This document shows, piece after piece, positions 1 to 16,900 of a stretch of DNA of 34,533 nt. A program made the position numbers and the translations under genes. The stretch is from the NCBI GenBank assembly GCA_033442325.1, contig JAWQFM010000009.1, positions 1,188,154 to 1,222,686 of the forward strand, written 5' to 3'. The notes under the pieces were generated by a model that was not told the origin of the DNA, did no database searches, and saw nothing but the letters and a program-made list of their open reading frames with translations. This DNA is from Salpingoeca rosetta. Its lineage: Eukaryota; Protista; Choanoflagellata. The first letter of the stretch is position 1, and every line of letters begins with the position of its first letter.

Positions 1-50
<50 letters not shown>

Positions 51-59
<9 letters not shown>

Positions 60-128
60 CCCAATGTGTGTGTGCGTGCCCAATGTGTGTGTGCGTGCCC
101 AATGTGTGCGTGCGTGCCCAATGTGTGT
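51..128 (+). repeat. Intronic ~19-bp minisatellite (GTGCCCAATGTGTGTGTGC) x4, after (GT)n at 1-55
   Basis: Directly visible tandem units. Confidence 0.85.
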
Positions 129-281
129 TTTCCCCAGACTTGCCGCCCCACCATTGCCAATGCAACGGCCGGCAGCTACTTGTTTGTTTGACAATCCGGC
201 ATCACCACCACCAACACCATCCCCCAACGCACACACACACACATGCATGCATGTTTGCACATTCACGCACTCCGTGTACAG

Positions 282-3567
<3,286 letters not shown>

Positions 3568-4037
3568 CGAAGATGTTCTTGTGCGCATGAGAGTGAGTGG
3601 GACAAGGGCAGAGACACACAGGGTGCGTGCGTGTGTGCGTTGGGGCCGGGGATGTACGGGTTGCCGGTGGCCATGCCACGAGCATGTTTCTATGTTTCTA
3701 TTCCAAAGCTGTAGATTCAGACGGCAGAAGCACAATTGATCTTTGGGGAAACTGCCATGAATGTGCGCGATAGCGGTATATATTGTGTTGGTTACACTGG
3801 TGCGATGATGCTTGGGGCTGCTTCACATCGACACGCTGTGCGTGTCCACATGTATTCATGGTGGCAGCAGCGCAGTGCTGTTACATTACAACTCTGACTC
3901 ATGCTCTGTGAGCTCACGCAAAACCCCGCCGCAAACGAACAGTGCGAAGCAAGCCCATATTCACAAACACAGAAAGGTCAGCAACAAAGAAGGAAGGGAG
4001 GGCGAGGGTTTGCAGAGAATGGCAGGCAAAACACGGT

Positions 4038-4099
<62 letters not shown>

Positions 4100-4104
4100 C
4101 TGTG

Positions 4105-5367
<1,263 letters not shown>

Positions 5368-5619
5368 GATGGTTGCATCGTTTACGCATGAGAGGAGAAC
5401 CAGCAGACGTGAGAGGGAGAGAGCAAGGCAGCCAGTGTGAACAAGGAACCTCGCCGGCAAGCGGGGAAGCAACAGCAGCACTGATGAGCAGCAAACACGA
5501 GCACACCAACAAGCACGAGCACAAGCACACGAGCACACCAACCTTCTCGTAACGATCCATGGCAAGTCTTGGCGATTGGTGGATATTTTCAGCGATATTT
5601 CTGTACACCAGCAACGGCG
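5368..5619. promoter_or_regulatory. Probable bidirectional promoter between Alba-like and p31comet-like genes
   Basis: Divergent ATGs at 5367(-) and 5620(+), 252 bp between them. Confidence 0.5.
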
Positions 5620-5788
5620 ATGATGGCGCGACAACAAAGACGCGGAGCACCGACAACGGCAGTGCTGCATGTGCCGCTGCGGCTGCACGATCTCTCCTCA
5701 CACGCCCGTTCTGAGTGTGTCAAGGGGTTCATCAAGACCCTCCTCTTTCAACGACGCCAGGTGTGTGTGTGTGTGTGTGTCTGTGTCT

Positions 5789-5819
<31 letters not shown>

Positions 5820-6415
5820 GACGCGCCCGAGACTGCTAGACCTGTCTGGCATGATAGATCTGGTTCTTGAAGGCTAGCCGGTTCGGCACATTTATTGGGT
5901 CGTCGCGTGGGCACTCAAACAGTTGACGATAATCGGGAACCCCGAGATTGCCTGCTTCCATGCATCCAGTTGAGCAGGCGGGTTGTCTGTGGGTGGGGAA
6001 GCATTTGATTGGTTCTCGATAGTAAACGTTTGCAAGTTCCTTATCTGCCGATCGGGACGCCGCGCCCCTCATCACACTACACAGGATGATTGCTCTCTAT
6101 ATGATCTTGTACGTGTAAGCCTACCCGGGAATAACTGTGAAAGTTGAGGGATCGTTGCCTATCAGCCCTCCACAGATCCGACAGTCCTACCTCAGACTTG
6201 TCCAACTCATCGCGAAAACATAAAGGCTTCATAAAGATTCCTCCCTGTAATTGCGGGTGAATGCTATGGTTTCCGCTCTAGCATGTTGGGCGACGAGTGG
6301 CCAAGCCGGCAGGATAAAATGAATGGCTCACCTTGTGTCTGTTGTGTCGTGGCCGGCAGTCCGTATCGAGAATAGGTTGTGCTGTCACGACCAGCGGTCT
6401 GTCAAGTTCATTCCC

Positions 6416-6450
<35 letters not shown>

Positions 6451-7913
6451 TGGTGTGTGTGTGTGTGTCTGTGTGTGTCTGTATGTCTGTGTCTGTGTCT
6501 GTGTGTCTGTGTCTGTGTAAGTGTGTGTGAGAGTGTGTATGCATCCCTATATGAGTGTGTATGCATCCCTATATGAGTGTGTATGCATCCCTATATGAGT
6601 GTGTATGCATCCCTATATGAGTGCGTGTGTACATCCTGTGTGATCCCTGTATGGGCAGGTGTGTGCGTGATGTGACCGGTTTGCACCCGGTGAAACAGTG
6701 GATGCTGCGATGGTTGGATGTGCTGCACCCTGCACTTGGTGCATTGCATTGCATGTCGGCGAGAGCTCACGGCGCGTCCATGACACGTGCACGCATGTGA
6801 TTGCAGATCCCTTGCGTCTATGAGCAGCTCAAACAACAAGCAGACGAACTCAGCGCGGAGGAGACTGGACCCTTGCGACTGCGTGCCAAGACAAAGCAGT
6901 TTGTCGCTTATGTGCAGGCACTCGAGTCGCTGTTCGACACACTCGACAGGGCCGTCGAGTCAGCGGATGCCGCCGTCATCCTTCTTGGCTCCACCCGCGT
7001 CACCCCATCGGAGGCATATTGGATCGACCTTCCCCACCAGGACGACCCAGCGCAGACAAGCACCTGCAAACAAGGGGCACAGCCACAGAAGCGCGAAGAC
7101 CCCGCAAGGCTGTCACACACTGCGCCAACCCAAGCAATGCAACAACAAGTGGAAGCAGCTCCACACACCTTGCACGCTGCACGCAGTTCACATGCGTGTG
7201 GCGCAAAGCAACCGGCGCAGCCATCTTCGCAGCAGCAGCAAGGTCCGCATATGCGCCGCTTCGTGCTTGCGCCTCCGCCACCGCCGCCGTCATCGTCAGG
7301 TCGCTCAGCACCATCAGCACCTTCAGCGCAAGCACGGAGGCGAGGTGCCATGGGCGCGGCAGTGCGGCGGTTTCTCTTGGCCCTGTATGCAGCGCCACCA
7401 GAGGCCTTCCACATGGGCAGCAGCGCTGTCAAGCGCACGGGCCTACACGTGCTGCTGCGGACACGGGCGCAGCCCCGCAAGGGCAGCAGCGGTGGTGCCG
7501 GCACTAGGGATGTCGATTGCGACAGCGAGCGAGGTTGCGTGCCTGCTGGGATGACCGCGTGTTCGGCACGACTGGATGTACAGCGGCTGTTTGAGCGGTG
7601 TCGGCGCCGCACCATCCTGCGCTGGGACGATGATGACGGCGGTGGAGATGGCGACGAAAGCGAAGGCCGCGATGGTGGGCAAAATGAAGGTGATGACGAG
7701 AATGAACGCCGTGATGGTAATGATGGTGAAGGTGGCCATACCCGTGCTGATGGCAACGACAGTGCTCGCAGCCGCAACGATGGTGGTCACGGTGCAGGTG
7801 CGATGGTGTGGCTGGCGTGTGCGCACGCGCCGAAACCGGTGCACCCACCAGCAGTGAGGGAGCAGCGCACAGCAGCTACAGGCAGCGGCACGTCGACAGA
7901 CTGGATGATGTGA
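5620..7913 (+). CDS. MAD2L1BP: p31comet / MAD2L1-binding protein-like HORMA protein. Exons 5620-5760, 6807-7913
   Basis: Spliced ECVKGFIKTLLFQRRQ|IPCVYEQL...LESLFDTL...VILLGSTRVTPSEAYWIDL matches the recalled p31comet pattern (YQRQQLPxPYEQL...ILLGG...SPKE.Y.LD). Phase-0 GT-AG intron. Confidence 0.8.
5820..6415. other. ~600-bp high-complexity unique segment between two GT tracts in the p31comet intron; origin unknown
   Basis: Abrupt boundaries with (GT)n on both sides, near-uniform base use, no convincing ORF. Confidence 0.6.
6531..6622 (+). repeat. 22-bp minisatellite GAGTGTGTATGCATCCCTATAT x4 plus partial copy (intronic)
   Basis: Four identical units at 6531, 6553, 6575, 6597. Confidence 0.95.
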
Positions 7914-8078
7914 CGTGACCAGGCTCCTTGACGCGAGCCAAGTCCGCGTTTGTGTGGCATGCGTTGCTGCTGGTGTTGTCAACATGGTGCATGTCGGTTT
8001 ACGCATCACGCTGACACAGCATTCGTAGTCTTTGGCATGCTTGCAAGCAAGCAATTTGACTCGAACACCCCCCCCCCG

Positions 8079-8215
<137 letters not shown>

Positions 8216-8680
8216 TGCCCTCAACTCTCCTCTGTGTCATCGAGGATTATGCACGTGAGAGGCGCCCGTCTTGCCATGCGAATGCAACGTGTGAGCACAG
8301 GCCCATTATCCACTATGTAATTCGTCTCACGGCACAATTGAGATACCATTAAATGCTACGCACGAACAATCAAAAGGTCAAGAAGGCAACGACAACAACA
8401 ACCAAGCAAGGCAACAACAACGTTGTGAAACACGCGCATTGTGGGCTCACCCTTCCACCGCCACACATGCGCACCTCAGAGCACAAACTCACTACGTATC
8501 AAGCGTATGTGCGCACGAACAAATGCACACAAAACAACAACCAAGCGACCCCCCATGCGTGGTGAACAATGCCCACGGTCGCCCACCCAATGACCCACCC
8601 ATCCAACCAACCAACTGTAATCCATCCAATCAACCACCCAACCAACTATCCATCCATCCATCCATCCATCCACCGGCCCG

Positions 8681-9166
8681 CTATGACGTGAGCGAGGCCT
8701 CTGTCGCCAGCTGCAGCCCGTCCTTCGACCGCACCAGCGTCTGCACCCACGCGGCCTCGAGCGGCGTCAGCGTCGTGTCCGCGTGGAACGCCCGCAACAG
8801 CAGCCGCAGGTTTGATCGGAGGGTTGTCGCCGTCGCCACCAGCTGCTGCCGCCGCTGCTCCGTATCGCGCAGAACGCGCCGGCACAGCTGGTCCCGCTCC
8901 CGCGCCCGCTCCCGGCTCTTGCGCACCTGATTGCATGGAGCAATCGGGGGGGGGGGGGGTGATGATGATGTGAGGTGAGGTGAGGTGGGGTGGGGTGGGG
9001 TGGGGTGAAGGGAAGCAAAGTGTACTTGCTGGGGTGGCCAGGAGACACAAGATGAGACATAACCACCTTCATATCCAATGACTGAAACAACTTCGGCAAC
9101 GCAAACGAAACAACACCACCAACAATCACCAACAACAACAACAACAACACACCACCAACAATCATC

Positions 9167-9203
<37 letters not shown>

Positions 9204-11153
9204 CACCACCACCACCACCACACTTACGGAAGCGTTGTTCTTCTCCCTGTATGACTTCCACCTCTCCAGGGCGGCCTCAAACGCTGCGTCGCTCTCAAAC
9301 TCGCTTCGCTGCGGCTGCACAAACCGCGGAATGTTGCGCCGCCGCCGCCGACTCACGCCTCCGCCCGATGCCCCTGCTGTCATCGCCGTGGTCGTGGCCG
9401 TCAATTCGCTCTTTCGCGGCTGATGGTGCTGGTGCTGGTGCAAGTGGGGTGCTGCGAGTATCTGCTGACGGTGATGGTTGGTTGGGTGTGAGCTGGCGAC
9501 GGTTGCGGCAACATGGCCATCAAAGCCGCCGCCACCATCCTCATCATCACCATCAACACCACCAGCAGCGTCGGGCACGCCAATGCCCGCGCCCTCCACC
9601 GCTGGCTGCACTGTGGCTGCGGCGGTGTGCAGGCGGGACGACGACACGGACGACGCTGACGATGACGACGTGGATGACGATGATGGCGGCTGCCGTCGCA
9701 GCCGCTGTCGCTGCTGCTGCTGCTGTGGTCGGCGGCGTGCAGGCTGGAGCGATGGCGGGAGAGAGGCGCCAGATCCCGGAGGAACAACAGCGGCACCGTT
9801 GGTTATCATGGCCTGGGCAAGGTTGCCGTGTGTGGCCATGCCTGGAATGAGGGGCGCCCCGGGCTGGTGGTGCAGCAGCAGCGTGCCGCTCGGTGTGACA
9901 ACAGACATGGTCGGGATGACGGAGATGCCCTGGAGTGGGTTGGACGCCAGCGTGAGCAGCGGCGGGTGCGGCGTGGACACAAGGCCCGTGACAGACTGCG
10001 CCGTAGGCAGGGTGGGGAAGAGGTTTGGCGAGAACGCAACGTGCGCGCCTGATGGCACAGACGCGGTTGTCTGGCCTGACGACGACGTGGACACATACGC
10101 GGGCGGGGTCCCGTCAAAGCTGTGGGCGTCTTGACTGTGTGAATCGCGCGCATCTGTCGACGGCGAGAACGGGAAGAACGGCATCGACTCAGTGCCCTGG
10201 TGCTGCTCGGGATGGCTTTGATCATGATTGTCATGCGCGGGGTGGTCGTCATGATGATGGTGACGATGATGGTAATGATGGTAGTGATGTTCTTCGTGGT
10301 CATCACGATCATCACGATCATCGTGGTCGTTGTGGTCGTGCCCGTGGTGCTCGTCGGCATATTCTTGGTGGTCGTGGTCGTCATCGTGGCCGGGGTACTC
10401 TCGCTCGTACTGGTGATCATACTGGTGTTGCAGCGAAGCTTGCGCGAGAGGTACGACACCGCCGAGTGAGTCTGCCATGGTCAGGAACGGGCGCAGCTCT
10501 GGCGGAATGCTGTCGAAGCTTGTCTCCATCATGGCCGCCCACGGAAGCTGGGAGTCGCTCGCGTGCTGTTGCTCGTGGTTGTGCTGAGCAGGATCATAGT
10601 GCCCACCGCCAGAATAGCTGGGGAACGCATGCGTGTGTGGGGCATCCTCTTCGCCGTAACCGTCCTGCTCGTCATCGTCATCCATCATGGCGGTGTTGTC
10701 GTTGTCGTCGTTGTCGTCGTTGTTGTGGTCGTCGTTGTCGTTGGCGTGGTGATGCAGGCGGTAAGCAGTGGCTTGGGCATCATCAGCGCCATGGGTGGGA
10801 TATGCTGCTGTGTCCGCTCTTGCTTGTGGGTCCCCCCTTACTTGTGTGTGCGTGATGTCCTCGCGCCTCGTCGAAGAAAGGTGCTGGTCAGCTTGGGTAT
10901 CTGCGGTAGCGCCACTCCGTGCCGGTGACGCAGTCATTGCCGCAACCTCCTGCGCGAGGTGTTGAATATTCGAGTCTGAGGATTGCTGTCGCTGGTGGTG
11001 GTGATGATGGTGCTGGTGGTGGTGGTGATGGTGGTGCGTTGATGGGTCAGCGGTGGTGGTGCCAGGGCCCGTGTCATCTCCGCCTGTCGGTGAGCATGGT
11101 TGTTCGTGCGGAGGAGATGTGCTTGGACTTGACGCATTCACGAGCGTTGCCAT
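8681..11153 (-). CDS. C/EBP-like bZIP transcription factor with long disordered His/Asp/Gln-rich N-terminus. Exons 11153-9228, 8926-8681
   Basis: Spliced basic region YREKNNAS|VRKSRERAR matches the C/EBP-type RERNNxAVRKSR, followed by a heptad zipper. GTAAGT donor, CAG acceptor. Start codon inferred (MATLVNAS). Confidence 0.8.
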
Positions 11154-11449
11154 CGAACCCGAGGTTGACGCGGGGAAAAAAAGGTGGCAATGTGCTGCTG
11201 TGCTGTGCTGTGCTTGGTGGTTTTGTAGCCTTGCCGCGCGTGCGCGCGCGTGCCCTTGCGTATGTGTATGTAGTGGGTGGTTGGCTGGTGGCTTTATGCA
11301 GTGGTGCTTGCGGCTGGTCCGTGTCGCGGTTAGAAACGGGGTCAAGCAAGCAAGGGAGCGTATGCCTTTTGTATGTTGTATGTGTGGTTGGCGTGGTCCA
11401 CACACGCAGCCCCGAGAACACGAAGCAACACAAGAGAAGCAGGGGTTTG

Positions 11450-11658
<209 letters not shown>

Positions 11659-11796
11659 GAGCAGGTGGTAAGTGTTGACTGCAGCATGTAGCGCAAACCA
11701 CATCACGCAAGCCGCGTCACACAAGCCACATCACACGCGCCATGAGCGCAGGCATGTGTGTGCACGGTGGTGCCCCGTGGATTGACATCGCCAGAC

Positions 11797-12785
11797 CTGG
11801 GAAAGACAGTCAGCGACAGGAGGTGGACATCGGATGGAAGCGCCGCCTTCGCCTGGGCACGTCGCAGTGCCATATTCTTCTCCACCTGCGAAAGGGCAAG
11901 AGCAAAACAAAGCAAACATCGAGGGCATGAGCAGCGTTGCTGGTGAGAACACACGCACGGAGGAGAAGGGGGGAGGGTCGAAGAGCGGCTGTCCCACACC
12001 AGCATGTAATGCACCTTGAGGAAGGCTTGCAAATGGCCTTGATAAGGACCTCCAGGCGTTGACTCAATCATGTACCTGTGTGTGTGTGTGTGGGTGGGTG
12101 TGCGTGTGGGTGGGTGCATGTGTGTGTGTGTGTGTACATGTCTCTCAGTCTCTCTGTCTCTGTGTCTGTCTCTGTGTCAGTCTCTGTGTCTGTCTCTGTG
12201 GCTGTCTCTCTGTCTCTCTGTTTGTCAGTCAGTCTCTCAGTCTCTCTGTCAGTCTCTCTGTCTGTCTCTGTGTGTGTGACTGCGAGATTGACGTGCATGT
12301 CGTGTCCCAACACAGTGTTGTGTCGCAGTCAGGCATGACACAACGCGATACCTTCCAAACTCTGGTAGCCAGGCTACCGTGCCGGCATCCGTCTCGGGCC
12401 AGTGCTTCGCCGTCTCCTTCAGCTTCTGCAAAAACTCTTTGCCGCTGCTCAGGTGCAGGTGTGCACATGTGTGAGCAAAGGTGTGCATGTGTGTGTGTGT
12501 GAATGTACAATAGGTGAGTGCGCACGGAGAACGAACGCGTCAGTACCCATGGCACGGGCTTCCAAGATACACACGCACGCACCACAGGCACATACCGCAG
12601 CACGAGCTTCGCCTGCTTGTGCTCCTCGTCAAACCGCACAACCATGTACTCAACCTGCACCAAGCCACAACCAGTGGGTGAGGACCAAAGAGGAGCGAGG
12701 GACAGGAAGGGAACGAAGGGTGTTGCTCGCAAAGAGACACGACACACATTCAAGCAGCAGCAGCAACAACAACAACATCATCATC

Positions 12786-12840
<55 letters not shown>

Positions 12841-13010
12841 GCAACAGCAACAGCACGTACCTCGTCGCCCCACTTGAGGACGTCGTTGGTGCGCGTCTGA
12901 AGACGCTCAAAGGTGTTGATGAGCTGGACGATGCCGTGCTCGCGTACATAGTCGGCAACCTTCTTCACCTCTGGCCAATCCAGCGGCGTGCCCTCGCTCA
13001 GCAAACCCAT
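11797..13010 (-). CDS. GCLC: Glutamate-cysteine ligase catalytic subunit, N-terminal ~151 aa only (truncated in this assembly). Exons 13010-12861, 12654-12596, 12444-12352, 12075-12015, 11885-11797
   Basis: MGLLSEGTPLDW...HGIVQ...LKWGDE|VEYM...WLPEFGRYMIESTPGGPY...VEKNMALRR...LTVFPR is the eukaryotic GCLC/GSH1 N-terminus. No further GCLC exons before the next gene. Confidence 0.93.
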
Positions 13011-13444
13011 ATCGTGTGTGATGCGGGATGATGGTCGCAGCAAGGGTGGATGGATGTTGTTGTGTTGAATGAGAGGGGAAGACACAAGCAAACAGAGATC
13101 AGGATGACGAGATCCAGCAAACAAAGAATAACACATGTGTTTATTGTGGTACTGGATTTGATGCGGGTTTAACTTGCCTGAATGGAACGGGCCCAGAACG
13201 CGGCCAGTGTCAGGGCGACTATTGTTCTCTCCAAAACCAAAAAACCCAAACAACTGACCGACCGACTGTCCGCAAACTAGAAGTCGCACTTCCCTCCTTC
13301 CCTAGTTCCCTCAGTCCCTCCTCAGCTCCTCAGTCCCTCGCACAAGCACAGCATCAAGAGCAGACAAAGCCAAGCACTCGGGCATTCATCATAACCCCTT
13401 CCAGCCTTCAGAGCCTTCCCTCAACCTCCCATCTCTATCTTCTC

Positions 13445-13893
<449 letters not shown>

Positions 13894-13907
13894 CTGCCAA
13901 GCCATTG

Positions 13908-16900
13908 ATGATGACGACGAAGAAGACACAAAGGCACACCAGCGTTTGCACGCTCGACGTGACTGGCGAGGGCGAAACTTTACCAATGGATGTGGAGCAG
14001 GTTTGTCAGTGGCTGACTGATGTGCGAGAGTATGACAAGGCCCACAAAGCACACAAGTCATGGCCACCGTTCGTGCCAGCAGACGCCACTGTTCTCTTGA
14101 AACAGGCAGAGGCTTTGCTTGCACATGGGACAGATCCAAAGTTGCGCCAAAGAGACGCGATCACCTTCTTGGATGCAGCAACTGTCACGTTCGAATTTGC
14201 ATTGTCGATCGTGACGAGCACAGAGAGCAGCCTTCGCAAGTATGGCATCAGTGACCTCACTGACGTTCCCGCCATCGAAGGTATTATTCAGTCTGCGCTG
14301 GGATTATTTCGGGTCAACTGGAGTGGAGAAACACTGAAGGATTCTGCCGTACTTCTTCTCTTCGCGGCTCAGCTACTACGGCTCTCCTTCGCGCAACCTT
14401 ACAAACGCCTTTTGCGAGGCAAACAAGAAGAGCTGGCGCGTGAAATTGTTCAAGCCGTGCTTCCAAGTTTCCTGGAATTGGCGCAGGACATCGAGCCAGG
14501 CACGAATGACGCCCACCTCAACGCCATCACCCGCCCTTTCAAGCTCAACAAATCTCATGTTCAGCCGATGCTCTTTGCTTGCCTGCTGGAGGTGCTGACC
14601 CTACTCCTCATTGACCCAAAGTCGGACGACTCTTTGCATGGGCCCACAATGGCTGAGCTGCTTGAAACGACACGGTGCAGCAACGACGTTGACATGGCAC
14701 TGAAATGCATCGTGGGCACGCGCGAGGTCTTGAGTGTGATCGAGCCGTGTCTATGGCATGACGAAAAGCCGGCACGACAGGAGCGGTGCGTGCGGTTTCT
14801 GTCAGCGCTGTTCGCCGACTGGAGCCCAGACGAAGCTGATCACCTGGCCACAATCAGCGAGCCACTCATTCCGGGGATCCTTGCTTGTGTGGCCAGTCGC
14901 AATGAGCGGCTTGTCCATGCTGCCGCCGTGTGCCTCAAGCACCTCGTGTTTCGAATGCCGCGCATTCAGCAGCATGTGTTGCAGCATGATGCTCCACGGG
15001 TGCTCGCGCAGGCAATTTCCGACCCCTGCGAATCTGCTAAAGTTGGTTGTACAATCGCCCTCCTGCACGCTCTGATCAACTGTGTTTTTGATATGGACAG
15101 TCACACATGGGTTGACACCATCACTGAGTCAATCTGCTCTGTGACACAGCACTGCTCCAAGACCCGCGACCTGCTGAGGGTGGCAGCAATCGCTACAGTA
15201 TCAATCGAGTGGGTGAGCCGGCAGTTGGCAGACAACCCATCTGAACGTGCACATGCGTCTCAACAGGAACACGTGCGGTACAGCCTCTGCTGCCTCATCA
15301 GCGCCCTAAGCAATCGCGTGTTCAAACCTTTGGCTGATGACAGACGACAGCACTACGATATTCGGCGCAACAGGAATGCACTCTGGCCCATGAGTCTGAT
15401 CCCTGATGCCGACACCTTTGCAGCACGCGTCTTTGCCGCTGTCAGTGTCACTCAGGAGTCGCTGGATGCTTGGACAGGCATGTACTGGCTGGGTGAGCCG
15501 AGCGATGGCACTGTTCCGAGTACTCTCCTGCACCGCCTGTGCCAGTGTGGCCTGGAGCCGATGCACGTGCAGCGCCTCCTTCGCGACGGCGTCCACGCTC
15601 ATCTGCCATTGGAGAAAGAAGCAGCAACAGTAGAGTTTGTTGTTGCTGAGCTGCTGGTTTATGTGCAGCAGTTGGCGGAGACTCACATTCCCACCATGGA
15701 GATTGTGATGCACACCAGAGGCGCCATGGGCTGGGCTCTTCGGCGCCGGTTCTGGCAGTGGTTGCAGAAGTGGCAGAAAGATGAGGATGCATTGTTGGGT
15801 GGAATGGCTGCTGTATCATACCCAACCCTGGAGGAAGCGCGTAGCTGGCTGCAAGAGTTCGTGAGTGTTTCTGCTAGTGTGCCTTTCAACACTCCAACAG
15901 CGGACTGCCAGAACCCCGGGGTGTATGAGAAGCTGAAGACGGCAGTGGACACGCGCACGCAGCAGGAGCTGTCTTTGACTCTTGGAACGCAGCTGAAACA
16001 AGAGCGCGAGGTGGTTGTGGCCTTATCTCATCGCAGGCTGCCACATAGTCGCACGGGAAACAAGGTGCTGTTAACAGCAGGCAAGGCAACGCCACCTGCA
16101 GGCATGACGCGGTGGTACCATGGGTGCGCGGGATTCCAAGCGCTGCAGATCCTGCAGCACGGCACGGTCAGCAAGGGCACGACTGCACACGCGCATGACC
16201 TCGGCTTATCTCCCAGCTTCTACTTGCATGAGCAGTTTTCGTGCGCAGCCCAGCAGGCCGAAGCACGTGCTCAAAGCGGAAAGGGGGTTGGTTTGCTGGA
16301 GCGGTCCCCTGCCGTGCTGGTGTTTGATATTCCAGAGGATGAGCTCAGGCAGTTCAACTTCTTGATTGTGGACAACAAGCAGCAGTCAAAGTGCTGTCTC
16401 TTTGCATCCCACAACGCCGAAAGCATTTTACAGAATCTTGCTGATAGTGACGATGATGTGGATGCCCTGCGTGATCATGTGCGGCAGATGGCCAATGAAG
16501 TATGGCGCATGAGGACAAGGATTTCAATTGTGCGTGGCGAGGACAGCGGCGACGACGATGGTGATGACGACGACGATGATGATGTCGACGACGACGATGA
16601 TGAGGATGGTGGTGCAAACCCATATCGTTCACGCCTGACGCACAGTTGCGACATCACCAAAGATGAATTGGAGCAGTTTGGTTCTGGCGGCCGTGATGAC
16701 CTGAAGCGGCAGCTTGAGCGAGTGACGAGATGGCTCGCACACTCTTTGGACGAATTTGACTGGGTGTTCTCGCACGCGAGCAAGACCCCCCACCGCCGGC
16801 TGGATAAGATTGCGCTCCGAGAGGAGTGGGGGCGTGGACAGACAGACACATGGGCGGCAAAGTATCTTGAAGGTCCCAGAAAGCGAAACACAGCAGTCGG

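Noticed and set aside
138-181. Possible extra small exon of the ankyrin gene
   Set aside because: AG/GT bounded, but weak donor and no ankyrin-like translation; upstream context is outside the window
6190-6205. GGACAAGTCTGAG (- strand) resembling the RNase P CR-I/P4 motif
   Set aside because: Imperfect match, and no CR-V partner strand found downstream
5836-6411. Nested - strand gene in the intronic insert (79-aa ORF, GTGAG/GTAGG donor-like sites)
   Set aside because: Could not build a coherent spliced ORF; the upstream ATG frame stops after 8 codons; no recognisable protein
6531-6622. 22-bp repeats as a CRISPR array (also the ATAGAAGC units at 24955-25080)
   Set aside because: No unique spacers, no cas genes, eukaryotic intron/UTR context; ordinary minisatellites
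6908-7777. 289-aa - strand ORF
   Set aside because: Antisense of the GC-rich p31comet-like exon; no motifs
11662-11673. CAG-GTG-GTAAGT, a possible 3-nt microexon
   Set aside because: Lies at a suspected misjoin with no downstream exon to test it against
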